A DNA stretch of 63,902 nt, filler included, from Gonapodya sp. JEL0774 (Eukaryota): assembly GCA_027604505.1 (NCBI GenBank). It is 3 parts of 3 records of this genome, joined end to end, with 100 filler letters (N's around TTAATTAATTAA, not from the genome) between each part and the next. Parts side by side here need not be neighbours in the genome. Positions count along the whole stretch, not along the records: positions 22,797 to 45,442 come from JADIIX010000239.1; positions 45,543 to 63,902 come from JADIIX010000260.1; 1 more part is not named here. One strand, 5' to 3'. A program made the translations under genes and the position numbers. How positions within the stretch are numbered: position 1 is the stretch's first letter; every line of letters begins with the position of its first letter. The notes under the pieces are model-generated. The model saw nothing but the letters and a program-made list of their open reading frames with translations. It did not search any database and had not been told where the DNA came from. Of this stretch, positions 35,495 to 48,500 are shown in pieces.

Positions 35495-38400
35495 ATGCTA
35501 GCGAAGCCTTCTCCCAGCTCCTCCCTTCCCCCAACATCTCCTTCTTTTTCTTCATCCCCCACATCGATCGTTTCTCTCCATACCAATCTGAGTAATCTGA
35601 AAAGTTTGCAGGCCGATATCGCTACCGCCCTGGACGGCTTATCCGCACAGATTGAAGCAGCTGAAGCTGGTCAACCGTTACCTCCACAACCATCTACAAC
35701 TGGCAATTCCGGTCTCGCTGCCTCAATCGCTTCGTCGGCAACCACGCTTGTTGATGAGGCAGTTTCGTCTTCAAAAGAAGTATCTACACCAACTCCTCCC
35801 AGTTCTGGTCATTCACCAACGGCGTTCATCCCTCTAGCATCTCGCTCCCACCGAAAATCTACCTCCTCAACACTTTCCATCTCCTCTTCAGGGGGCCAAT
35901 CGCACTCCACAGCTCAAGGCCTTCCAGACTCTGGCCTCCTCGCACCCCTCCTCGAGAAGCGGGACCACCTGCAGTCGGAGTCTACGCGCGTGGCTGCAGC
36001 CCTCTTTGTCGCTCAGGAGCAGCTTGCGGTGCACGTGAGGAGGGTACAGGACGAGCTGGAGAGGAATACTGCGAAGCTTCAAAAGCTGTATGATGAAGGA
36101 CGGGTACTCGAGGACCGGCACAATGCCGAGAACCAGTTCGCGGGCGCTACAGGCGACAGCGAGTATGGCGGGGTAAGGCTAGGACAATCTTCTGGGCGCG
36201 TCTTGCCTCCGCCTCGGCCCATGTCCACTACTCCCACTCCACGCTCCCCCGTCTCCCCATCGTCCCCCACTGGCACTAATCCCCTAGACGCTGCCCGCCA
36301 TCGCCTCGAGCTTGAAAATTGGGCCAAGGAACTGCAAAAAACTCAAACTGAACGTGACCGCCTCGTCTCGGAACTCCGCGCCGAAGCCACCAGGAGAGAA
36401 CAGGAAATGGAGGCTGCCCTGCTTGAGCGGGAGTCCCAAATTAGCACGCTGACGCAGCACCTTGCCAGCACTGCCAAACTCGCCCGCCGCTCTTCTCTGA
36501 ACCGACGCGACCAGATACGAAAACTCGAGTTGCGACACTCGAGAGAAGTTCAAGCAAAGGATGCCGAATTGCACAGACTTGAGGACGAGGTGGCGCTGTT
36601 GAATCAGCAATATGAGAGAGCAGCCAAAGAGAGGGGCTTGCAGATTGGGAGGATTAGGGCGGAGATGCAGGACAGGGAGAGCGAGTTGAAGGAGGAAGTG
36701 GAAGAGGTTGGGTTCAAGGCGAAGTTGGCGGAGAAAAAGGCAGAGGCGGCCGAAGAGGATTTGAAACTGCGGTGAGCCACTCAAGGGATCGTTTCGGTTA
36801 GTTAGTTTCCTCATGCTTTTCCACTTGCTTGTCTGTCGCCACAACCTCGCTGAACCCAGAACCGCTCAATTTGTTCGCGAGGTCGCTAGCCGCGATGCTC
36901 AGCTGTCAGCTGTCCAGTCGGAACTCTCCCTCTCTAAATCCCGAGAAGCTGCTCTCGAGAGTGCTCTGTCCGATGCGGATGCGGACTTGACTGCTCTTCG
37001 ACTGGAGCTCTCGCGAGTGCGCGCTGTGAACAAAGAGCGTGAGGCGGTTGTCGGGGGGATGAGAGAGCTGGCAAGAGGAGAGGAAATGAGGCAGCAGCGG
37101 GAAGTAGAGAAGGTGAGGCAGGAGATTGAGGTGGGCGTTGCCAAAGTGGAAGAGTTGAAAGTCGAGTTGGAGAAGGAGCGGGGGAGATGCAGACAACTAG
37201 AAAGTGAGAAAGAGGAGTTAGAAATGGAGGTTGGGGAAGTGCGAAGGAGGCTGGCGGAGGTGGAGATTGAGAAGGAGACTGGAGAGACAGAACTCGAAGG
37301 CCTCAGACAGCGTGTGGTGGAGGCCGAAGATCGGCTGGAAGTTGCCAAAAATGTGAGCATCGAATTATTGGCAAAGGACCGAAGCGATGCCTGACTGAAC
37401 GGCGGCTTCGCCACAACCTTGTTTCAAGGAATATTCCCAACTCGTCGCTTCTCTCACAACCGAACTACACCCGGAGTCTGGGCTCCTCAGAGATCTTCCC
37501 CCTTCGAATTCCACCTCACCTCCGACACCGGAATCGACCCTACTCGCGCGTGTGAAGCATCTTAAAGAGACGTTGAACGAGGCCATTCAACGTCGAGAGG
37601 CGATTCGAATCGAGAAGGAGGCCGTCGAACAACGGGTGCGCGCCCTGGCGGATATGGCTGCCTCTGCAGGGGCAGCGGCGTCTCTTGCTGGTGATGGTGC
37701 CAGTATCGCTCCCTCCATTTCAGATGCGGCGAGTTTTGTTGATCCCGTCGGTGTCGATGAGGTTCGCGCAGTGAGGGAGGAACTGGAACTCAGGATCGGT
37801 GAACTGACGAGGGCTAACAGAGACATTGAACAGAACGTGAGGGCACAGTATCAGGCGGATATGGAGGAGTTGAGAGAAAAGTTACAACAAAAAGAGCAGC
37901 AACTGAGGTTTGGAGAACAAGCCATGGATCGAGCGAACTACGAGTGGCATCAGCAGAGAGAATCACTGAGGGAAGAGCTTAGGAGAAGTGAAGCGGCTGT
38001 GAAGTACAAGGAAGGGGAGATTTTGGTGAGTTTTGTCTTTCAGCTCTGCTGGGAGTAAAAGTTTCGGTCATTTATAATTGGTGTTGCTTCGCCAGCGTCT
38101 GAACCGGGAAAAGAATGAACTTCAGCAATCTTTTGCTGCCGAGATTTCTGAGTCCAATTCCAAGGTGGAAGAACGCGAGCGAGTCATCCGTCAGCTCAAG
38201 GCGGTAATCAAAACAAAGGAGGATGACCTGCGAGTTCTGGGAGAGGAACAATCGTTACTTCGGGAGCAGGTTGCTACCTTAAGCGACGAATCGCAAGCGC
38301 GCACTGATATAGACAATCGAGCCAGCAACGAGCTCATAGAGAGACTCACTCAAGAGCTTCAAGAGCTCGATGCGGCGAGGCAGGAGGAACGGGCGGGCGC

Positions 38401-41400
38401 ACAGGAGTATGAAGATCAGATTGCTGTGCTCAAGGAGCAATTGGAGGAGGCGATTGTGGGTCTTACGCAGGTACAGGAAGCTTCCAATGAAGAACGGGAG
38501 AGGCTTGAGGAACAGCTTGAAGACAAAGAAGCTTACATCAATCAAGTGCAGATTGCAGTGGAGGCACTCAAAGGAGAGCTGAGCAGGCAGCAGAGCGAAC
38601 TGGAGGCGAGATTAGAAGTCCAGGCTGCCACAGCGATGAAGATGGAGGAGGCAGTGAGGGAGAAGGAGGCGGTCCTGGGGGAAGCTCGTAGGGAGGTTGA
38701 AGTGCTGAGGGTTGAACTGACACAGGAGAATGCTAAACGAGCACAGCTGGAGAAAGACCTGCGAGACAATCTGTCCGCGAAGGAGCTGGAAGTACTTGAT
38801 CTGGCTAATGAGGTAGCTGAAATGAAGTCGCGAGTATCTGAGTTGGAATCTGCCTTGTCGGACGCCTCACTCAAAATTGTCGCTGCAAACAAGAGAGAAG
38901 CAGACCTTCTGTTTGCTTTCGAGACAAGCGAGACGAACCTCGGCGAGCTAAAAGATCTACTGGCGAAGTAAGCTGTCGTACACTCTATAAACTCTGCGTT
39001 TTTGTTATCAACACAACATCTGGTTCTGCAATTTCAGGTCGGAAGCCGTGAACGCCGAGTTTATTATGCAGCGTGGTCGCGAAACCGAAGACCTGCATCT
39101 CAAAATCGCGGAACTTGAATCGCTCTTACACACTGCAAAGGCTACTCATGAATCTGATACTTCTCTTTTACGTACGAGGATGGAAGAGGAAACCGCAAAG
39201 CTCCAAGCGAGTGAAGCCATGCTTGTTTCCCACAGTGCTAGGATTGCCGATAAATCAAGGCAGTTGGAGAGTCTGCGAGAAGAACATACCAGGACTGTTG
39301 CGGAACACGCGAAATCACGTGGATCCCTGGAGTCTAGAGTCAAATTGATGGAAGCAGAGCTCGAGGGACATCGATCAAGCTTTGAACAGGCACTCCTTGC
39401 ACGGGAGGCTCTCCAAACGGAGCACACTGCCACAGTTTCCCTAATGCGTGAATCACTTTCAGCAAAGGATGCACAAATTGAGACATTGAATGCGGAGATC
39501 AAGCGCGCGCAGGAATCCTTCCTTAATGTCGAGCAAGAAAACGAACGGGTAGCTCACGACCGATTAAAACTTCAAGAGAAGTTGGAAAATTCCCTCTCAG
39601 AGAGGTCGGTGCTTCAGAAGACCGTTACTGACTTGGAGACCGCACTCTCGTCTGCCAGAGTTGCGCATGAAAAGGAATTAACAAGTCTTCGTGAGAAGTC
39701 CGCCGAAGACTTCAAGCAGCTAGCAGAGCTCGACGCTCAACTTGCTCTGCATAAAGATTTTATGAAGGTCAAAACGTCGGAGTTGGAGACTATTCGCGAG
39801 GACTACAGAATGGCTCAGGCATCCTCCGCTGAAGTTCGACAGACACTTGAACTTCGAGTTGCGTCGCTTGAGTCAGACCTGTCAGAACTCAGAACTCATC
39901 ATGCCAAAGCACTGCAAGACCACGAGATGGCAAAATTAGATCACTCGACAGCGATATCGGTGCTTCGTGAAAGTCTTGATGCGAAGGACAAGAAGACTTC
40001 GTCGTTGGGCTCTGAGCTACAGAGTTTGCAGGAAGAAATATCAAAGCTGAAGCATGACTCAGCAGCAAATGTTGCAGCTGTCGCAGCATCGAGGGATGCA
40101 TTTTCAACCAAGCTGTCAGAGGTGCAGTTGAATTACTTGAAACTCGAAAAGGCACACCTGGCTCAGAACAACCAGTTAGCTGAAACGGCGTTGGATGTGG
40201 AGTCTCTACGTAACAATATCAAAGCTTTGGAGGATGCCAAGACTTCACTTGAGGAAACGAGGACTCAACTTGGTAGTCAGCTCGATGCTCAGAATCGTGT
40301 CATTGAACAACTCCGAACTGAACTTGCAGATAGGGAAGCCGAGGTGGCAAAATTATTGCACGAGAGTAAGGTCACCGAAGAAAGTCTTCGCGACGAAGTA
40401 CGCATTCTCCAACTGGCCGTTCAGAAGACTGATCGCGAACTTCAGAATACTGAACAAGTTCTTTTACAACATAAAATGGACATCTCAACCATACAAGAAG
40501 GTCACATCAAAGACCTTGCGTTGTGGACAGAGCGTGTTGAAGCGGGCAAGAAGGACATCACCAGGCTTGAGCAGGAGATCGCTGCTGCAAAGGTTCAGTT
40601 AGACGAGAAGACCGCGGCGTTACGGACAGCTGCTTTAGAAAAGGAAGCCGCAGTCTCAAAAACCGCCACAGACTACGACGAGAAATACACTACCATCATG
40701 CAGGTAGTCCGGGACGAAATGGCTGCGATGGTATTGCACAAGGACGGTGAGATCCGTAAATTAATGGATGCTCACGTATCAGAACGTCAGAAGGCTGATC
40801 TTGCGATCAGAAAACTGCGCTTGGAGTATGAGGACCTAGTTGCACTCAAAGTAACCCAAATTCAATTGTTAAAGGATGAAATGGAGCTCCAGCATCAGGA
40901 TATGGATGAGGTGTGTTTTGCGGCATGTGGGTACGGTGGTTTTACATTCGATTTCTGAACATGTTCTTTGCGCGCCAGGCTGCAGAGCAGATACTCCATA
41001 ATCTCTCCGAGGTTACGAATCGGTATGACGCAGCGCTTAAAGACTTGGCTCAGTCTCGACAAGAACTCTTGGCGAGGGGTAATTCCATAGAAAAACTGAA
41101 AACACAGGTTGAAATTTTGGGTACCGAATTGAGAATGACTAGGGAAGAACGCAAAGTTGGGAGCCGGGACCTTGAACAGTCAAGTCAGCGGAATCAGGAA
41201 CACATCAACAAGATTGCAGAGTTACAAAAGTTGATTACAGATCTCCAGACCCAGCTTGCCGTACAGCTTCAAAACAAGAACAACGAAATTTCTAATCTTT
41301 CGACTCTTTTGGCGAACCAGAACGCCGAGTTTGATACCTTGGTGGAGAGTTCAAAAGCAATGTCTGCCCAACACGAGGAAGAAAAGAGGTCTTTGAAAGC

Positions 41401-43880
41401 TTTGATGAGTCAACAAGAGTCAGATCTTACATCAAGCAGACAACAACTTGCATTGAGGGAGTCGGAGGTGGCACAACTTTCATACCAACTCGAACAGCAG
41501 AAAGTCGATCACAGCGCAGTTTTGGATGTCTCTCGAACATCAGCAGCCAAATTGGAAGCAGAGTTGGGCGATCTCAAATCACTCATTGCTCAAAGTGAGG
41601 CGGTGGCTGATGCTCTGCGGATATCGAACGCAGACTTGTTGTCCACAATTTCAAACACCATAAAGGAAAGGGACGAGATGAAGGGAGAGCTGGAAGCCGA
41701 AAGATTTTCCCGCAAAGAGCTGCTGGAGAAATTGAGTGGACAGTCTGAGACAATCAACAAGCTGGAAGCAGTGGCTGCTGGATACATGGCGGATATTGTG
41801 CGACACAACGAAGAGGCTTCCAGTCTCCGCCACTCTCTTGACGAGCTCCAAATCGAACGGGACAGAGTGGCTGCCGAAGTGGAAGCGGGACGAAACGCGC
41901 GAAGATTTCTCGACGAAGAGCTTCAAGCCCGAGGCACTTTAGTGGAAAAGCTCAAGGCAGACAGTTCGGAGCACGTTGCCAAAATATCGATGGTAGAGAG
42001 TGAAAAGCAAAGGCTTCTGAGGGATCTCGAAGATGCCAGATCCGAAATAATACAGTGGAGCACTGCAAGTGCTGACCTTCGTCAGAAACTGGAAGAGCAC
42101 GAAATAGAAGTGCAGCAGTGTCGTCAAACAATCGTAAGAGGGGAGAAAGACCTACAGTCTGTGCGGGCAGCTCTGGAATCCCAGAAAAAAGCTGAAGTGG
42201 ACCTCAGACAAGTGCAGCTGGCCGAGAAAGATCTTGTGATCACGTCATTGAATGCGACAATAGCTCGATTAGAGGAGATGGTCTCCACCCAAGAGTCGCA
42301 TCTCTCCGCAATGCGCGAGTCGCTAGATCACAAGGCAAAACATTTCCAAGGTGTCGTGGCTACCCTGTCACGTGATCTCGAAAGCCGTGGCGGACGAGTA
42401 CGGGAACTGGAAGAAAAGCATGAGGAACTCTCAAATACGTTGGGAGAGTTGCATGCCAGTAAGGGAGCCCAAGACGTGATTCTGACCGATCTCCGCTCTC
42501 AGCTGCAAACAGAGGTGACCAATGCGGAATCGTTGCGAGTTCAGCTTCAGAACACTCAAAATGAAATGACAGGACGAGTGAACCAGCTCCAGACCGAATT
42601 GGTGAACAGCGAAAAAATGCTCATTGAGTTGAAGGCATCTGCGTCGTCTAAGCAAGAAGATTTGATGTTGGCAGTAAAAGAGCGGGACGACTTGGCATCA
42701 AAACTTGAGGAAGCGGATCGAACCATTGCGGAATATCATGAGGCAGCAAGGAATTTCTCTTTGCACGTTGAATCCGTCAAGTGAGTTGTGATGTGTCCCC
42801 CTCCACGCCTGTTACTTTAGCCAATTCATAAAACATCTATCGGACATCAGGAACCTCTCTCAGTCGGTTCCTGAAGCCAGTTCCCCCCTTAATCGGCCAA
42901 TTATTTTGAGCATTCTAGCAGATGCTGGGGATATTCTCAAAGCGCAAGCTGCCAGGGTCAAAAGTCTTGAGGGACTCGTGGAAGAAAAAGATTCGGAGCT
43001 GCTCGATCACAGAAATATTATCAATGGATTGAACTCTGCTTCTGCTCTTTTAAATGAGAAGATTCGCCTTTTGGAGTCGGAATCAGCAACTGCCCATAAA
43101 GCTCTGGAGGATCACGCGGAGATCCATCGAAGAGATCTTTCAGAGAAAGAAGCCTCCCACTTGAAAGAACTCGAAGCAAGGGAACAGGAGCTTCAGGGTC
43201 TTAAGGGTGACATTCAATCTTTGATTAAGCAAAAGGATGACATGCGAGGGGCAATGCAGGCATTGGAGGAGAGTCGAGACGATTTCATGGCGAAGGAGGC
43301 CAAATTAAGGGAAGAATTGGAGGTCAAGGCCGCTGCCGTCGCCGGGTTGCAAGAGCAGTTGAAAGGAGAAGCGGAGGCACTAAGGGACACTCGATTTCAG
43401 AATGATCAGGCGATGGAGAGATTGCAGGACCTAGAAGAATCAGTTGCCGAACTTTTGGATGATATTGACGTGCTGCGGGATGTCCAGGTGCGACTGAGAA
43501 AAGCCTCCGCGATCAGCGATGCAATGGTTGAAATCGAAACGCGCAGACGTCGAAACGCAGAAAGTCAACTTAAACTATTTGAACGGACACTTGGGGCTGC
43601 GGAAGATGTCATCACCCATTTGTATCACATCAAAGAGTGTGCCGAAGAGGAACGTGACACATGGAGATCGGCCTTTAGTTCAGAGAAAAAGGCCCGCCAG
43701 CGCACTCATGTCAACGGCAAGCGGCGTTTGCTGGAGTATCTCGGTGTGTTAAGAGATCAGTACGAGGATGATACGCACACGCAACGGCTTGTTGACACAA
43801 TAAGTAAGGTGGATTTGAACGTGGCAAGAACGTCGTTGGAAAGTGAAATCGCATCCTTCAAGAGACGTGCCCACGAATAG
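35495..43880 (+). CDS. Very large coiled-coil protein (roughly 2,600 aa, at least 7 exons), function unknown
   Basis: Successive same-strand E/K/L/R/A-rich heptad ORFs (35495-36775, 36813-37394, 37552-38058, 38078-38971, 39048-40958, 40913-42784, 42906-43880) separated by short GT-AG introns; S/P-rich N-terminus. An acceptor near 35422 suggests an upstream exon. Confidence 0.85.
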
Positions 43881-45442
43881 GTGAGCTGGAAGTCTTTCGT
43901 CATGGTCATCCCCATTCTGGACACTTTTGCATTTTGCAGGCAACGTAAGCAGAAGCATTACATCGATTTGTTATTATGGCATTTGTGCATAACTTTACCA
44001 TTCGATTTGTACCGTTCACATAATTATTAGTTTATGACCAACCCGTTGTACCGGCGTCAAGAGCCATCACAGCGGAAAACGAACTCGACAAACGGACCTC
44101 ACGTGATTTCCGGATACGCGAATAGAGAAGTCGTTGCGCGCAGGAGATACCAGTGGAGCAGTTAGAATAAAACCTAGAAGCCGGACAGCAACTCAAGATG
44201 AAACCTTGGTGGGGGCGTAGTGTAACCGAAAATGCCGTGCTGGTCTGCCGGTCGACAACAGGATGAAGCTGTGTTACAGCGCAAGGGGTGGAGGGACGTC
44301 AGGGAGTGATCTAGTGCGAGATCGGGGGGGACGGTAGTGCTGCCTGGCAGTGCCTGCCCCGTTTCAGGCATTTGGTCCATGTCACGGGGTGACAGTTTGA
44401 TTTCGGCACCGCGCAGCGGGGACATGTACTTTGACTATATAGAGCACAAGGAGTATATGATTTTGATTCTATATTCAAACTAAAACTGTTACGCCTATGA
44501 CGATTGACGGCTTTTCTCAATTCAAAACGGTGCTGCTGAGCTGGAGGTGGGATAGTCCTTCAAACAAATTTTGCTGCTGATAGGTGTAATGCTTTTGGGT
44601 GATGTGTGTGCTTCCCATTTCCGTTCGCGCTTCCCGTGCGGCATGTACACACATTCGTTTTAAGGCAGTTTTGACATGGTGGGAGGGTGAGTGGACACTT
44701 ACGGCAGTGAAAAGCATAAAATGCGTTCGTTGAATTGACCGGTCAAGCCTGGAATCAGAGACAAACGACCAACATTTTCATTTACTTGCTCACTGTGGGC
44801 TTGACACTTTCAAAAGTGAACGCAGAGTCAGCAGATGTAGAGTCTATGTAGACTTCATTGCTGCAAATGCAATTCTGTTGCCTTGACTCTTTGCAACTTT
44901 CCGTGATTTACAACAGCTGGGCAAGCTGAATCTTGACAACGCAGGAGACCTTCCTGACTGCATCAAAAAGAATCATCAGGTAGATTTCATTGATATATAT
45001 TTGAGTGACGGGAAAGCCAGTCGCCTTCCGCGATTACGCAGTAACGTAGTGCAGCGAACACTCCAGGGGGAATGAATGGTGTGAGCGTTCACAGCAGAGA
45101 CAAAGATGGCCCAGAAAGAGATAACAGAGAACCACTTTATTAGTGAGATATCTAGGAAGTCTCATCGCAGGAACTCGTTTGCGATTGCGTCGGTTCCGGT
45201 GAAATCGTTGCACAAATTTTTACTTGTCCAGTCCAAATGGCAAATGCAATTTGGAAGGTATTCTCAGTATAACCTCAAACTGTGGTACTGTGATATGAAC
45301 ACAATTTAGTTGAGGCTTTCATTACATTTCTTCCTCGAGATTTTCTCATATGAGAACTGTTTCCCCCACGTCATGCCTTACCTTCGCACGTGAGGCACCA
45401 GTGGCAAAACCCTCGCACAATTCCTTTAAAAGCCCAACTTTT

Positions 45443-45542
45443 NNNNNNNNNNNNNNNNNNNNNNNNNNNNNNNNNNNNNNNNNNNNTTAATTAATTAANN
45501 NNNNNNNNNNNNNNNNNNNNNNNNNNNNNNNNNNNNNNNNNN
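45443..45542. other. Scaffold gap with artificial six-frame-stop spacer
   Basis: 44 N + TTAATTAATTAA + 44 N; interrupts the Dicer-like gene. Confidence 0.97.
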
Positions 45543-48500
45543 CCGGAGATCCGTTTTGCTTGTCACCGAGCGGTGCGGCTTGTTCGCTATTTGAGACAAC
45601 ATTCGACCTGCCGTTAGCTCGCTTCCTCTTCAACTTGCGCCGTATAACATGATCGAGTGGTTTCTTCTCTTCCTCAATCATGAGCGACTCCTGCTCCTGA
45701 CAGTCGTCCACAAACTCCGAAATGAGTCCCATCAGCATGCGTTCTCCATGGTCGATGAGCTTGTGCAGGCCAAGTTTGACACAAGCAAAGGCGAGAAACT
45801 TGTTGTTAACTAGTGAGTTTGGAAAGTCGTTTAAGTTGTTGACTGAGCGAAAAGGTGAAGGGTGCGGTAACACTAACCGGCCAGAGAGCGGAGAATAGTA
45901 AGGATTGATGGTGGAAGGGTTGAGTAGTTCAAATAAAGATGGCGAATGATTGTAAAGTCGAGGACCGAGTCACCTGAGGCAATTCAAAAGCAGAGACGGT
46001 ATATCGTGGACCCACTGCTGCGACGATGATGGTTCCACTTACCCAAAAACTCAACTCTCTCATATGTCGAGACAGGTGTGTCCACCGCACTTCCATGAGT
46101 CACGGCCATCAACGCCAATTCCTTCCGTTTGAAAGTATACCCAAGCATTTCCTCGACGAGCGGAACCAGAGCCATCTTCGGATGAGATGTCACTCCGACC
46201 ATGACCTCTCGACATTCCAGATCAACTATTCTGGTGTGTTGAGTTGCAGCATTCTGATCGTTCACGATGTCAAGATTCACGAAGCAGCCATCTGTCATGC
46301 CCTCACGGTACAGCAGCTCCACGAATTGCCGGGCGGAATTTTCACCGCGAGCCAGCAAGAACGCAGCAATAGTAGCCTCCACTGTATCCGCGACGGTTTT
46401 CTTCGGCACTTCACGTGAGACAAAATGCCTCAAGGGCTCCCAATTCTTTCGCGACATCGAGACAGCCCCGGCAGCAAGAAATCTCTCCCACCGAACTTTC
46501 AGGCGAAGACCTTGCTTCCAAAGAGTTTCGTTACTCTGCATTTGAGCACGGACTTTGGAGAGGGCACCCTCAAACCAAGTTGGGTGGGTAACTACGAGGA
46601 ATGTTGAGAGACAAACTTTCAAGAAGCCGTCTCCAAGGGTTTCGAGGCGTTCGTAATGGATTTCGGATTCGTGATCTGCGTGTTGGAAGGGGGAGATAGA
46701 TATGGTTGAGCGTTGTAGGCCAGATCGTTGAATCAAACCCAGTCAGAAACCTACGATTTGGGTCGTATGGGGGAATGGGAGACATTGAAGGCGAGAGAGC
46801 GAGCATGAAGCGATATAAATCAGCTTCAGAAAAATCATTACCAAATCCCAGCGCTTCGAGAAAGTCCAGGACACCGAGAAACCGATGAGTAAGAGTCAAG
46901 AGCGAAGGGAACTGCTGACCCTGGATGTAGCACGGTAAACCCATTGGAGAAGTTATGGAGAACTGCGGCAGAAGATATGCTGTGTCTTCTGGGACCAAAT
47001 TCAATGCTTTCTTTGCAGATGAGCTGCCTATCTCTGCTTGTTTCGACGGTTCCGTGATATTTTCGTGGTTTGGCAGAGGGGTGTTGGCCTCTGATGCAGC
47101 CTGTGGCTCCACATTGGCTACGGTTTCGTCTCTTTCATCTTCTGTATCTGGTACCAAAGGGCGCATGTAGTCAATCTTCTTTGGCAACAATGACACTCGA
47201 ATGACTCCTTGGTCATGTTCAATTGAATCCCTTTCCACTTTCCACGCTTTCTCGTAGTACTCCGCAACAGTCGCCAAACGCGCTTTTCCGTGTTGAAGCA
47301 TCAGTCCATTCGGAAGGGGGTCAAAAGGCGAAATCGAGAGAATCTCTTCCACGTGATACGTTCTGTAGAAGGAATCAGAATTCTAATGAACCAGGAGCAA
47401 ATCACGGGCAAACAAAGAAAAGCGCAGGTCTACCTCTTATATCCGGCAAGATCCACCACAAGACGTCCAACTACTTCAGGATACCGCGTCTTGTCCTTCA
47501 ACGGACAGCGCTTATTGAAGTATCCCCTGCGGAAAGTGTGAAGCATTCCGCGGTCCAGCTGCGCAGCCGCAGCGTCGTTGTTTGAAGACAGCATGGGATT
47601 TGGAGCATCCAAGGAACCACCAAATGTGAAAGAGAAGTCGGTGAAAGAGAAGCTGCCCGGTGCAGTCTTCTCAGCTGGCTTTTCTTTCACAGGAACGAGT
47701 AACCAAAGACTGCCACGAGAATACTCAGAGGGTTTGATAAGCCCTACTGGTGCCTTAACTCACACCCAAACTCACTATGGATTATCCAGATCTTGCTCTT
47801 CGACTGATTTTTTCAGCATGGTACCAAACATTATGTGATTATATCGCCGAACCTGAGCCATGGTGTTCCGCACCAAAACATATGGTTGAACAACTTCTCC
47901 TGATTGAAGTTTTCTCGACTGAATGGTCGTGAGATCTGTCGCTTTCGGAACGACGCTAACCGTGCGCACTGAAAATGAATCAAACCTTGGTCCATCGATC
48001 TCAACGGTTGCATGTAAGCTCGATGTAACGATAAGACACCAAAACGATGGTCTTGACTCACTTCGGATTTGGACTCTGGCGGTGCGTACAGACGAAACGT
48101 CAGTGTGATTGGCAACGGGCCCGCGGTCAGGAACCCGGTCGATAGCAAAACTCCGTTCTTCTCCACGATATTCAGATACCACGTTTCATGTTCTTCCATC
48201 ACCTCAGGAGGGAGAAGGGGCTTTGCCATTCGTCGTCGGAAGGAAGGGTTCAAGACCCGGCGTGGTTCGGCATAACCGGAACCTAGGTACTTGGGACCCT
48301 CATTGATTATGGGCCCTTCCTCAGGATCTTCCTTCTGCTCCTCGACAGCAAGTCCTTCGTCAATTTTCATCATCGAGTCGGACCTATTCACTTGAACGGC
48401 CACCTTCATGGAATCACTGATAGCATCGCTGGATGGTTTGTGCCCCTCTTCATCGACTGCTGGCAAATCAATAGCAATGGTCGCATAGCCTTCTTGCAAA

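Noticed and set aside
45300..45442. KVGLLKELCEGF..AK followed by GTAAGG, possible Dicer dsRBD exon beyond the gap
   Set aside because: Plausible, but it cannot be joined across the gap and downstream exons were not resolved.
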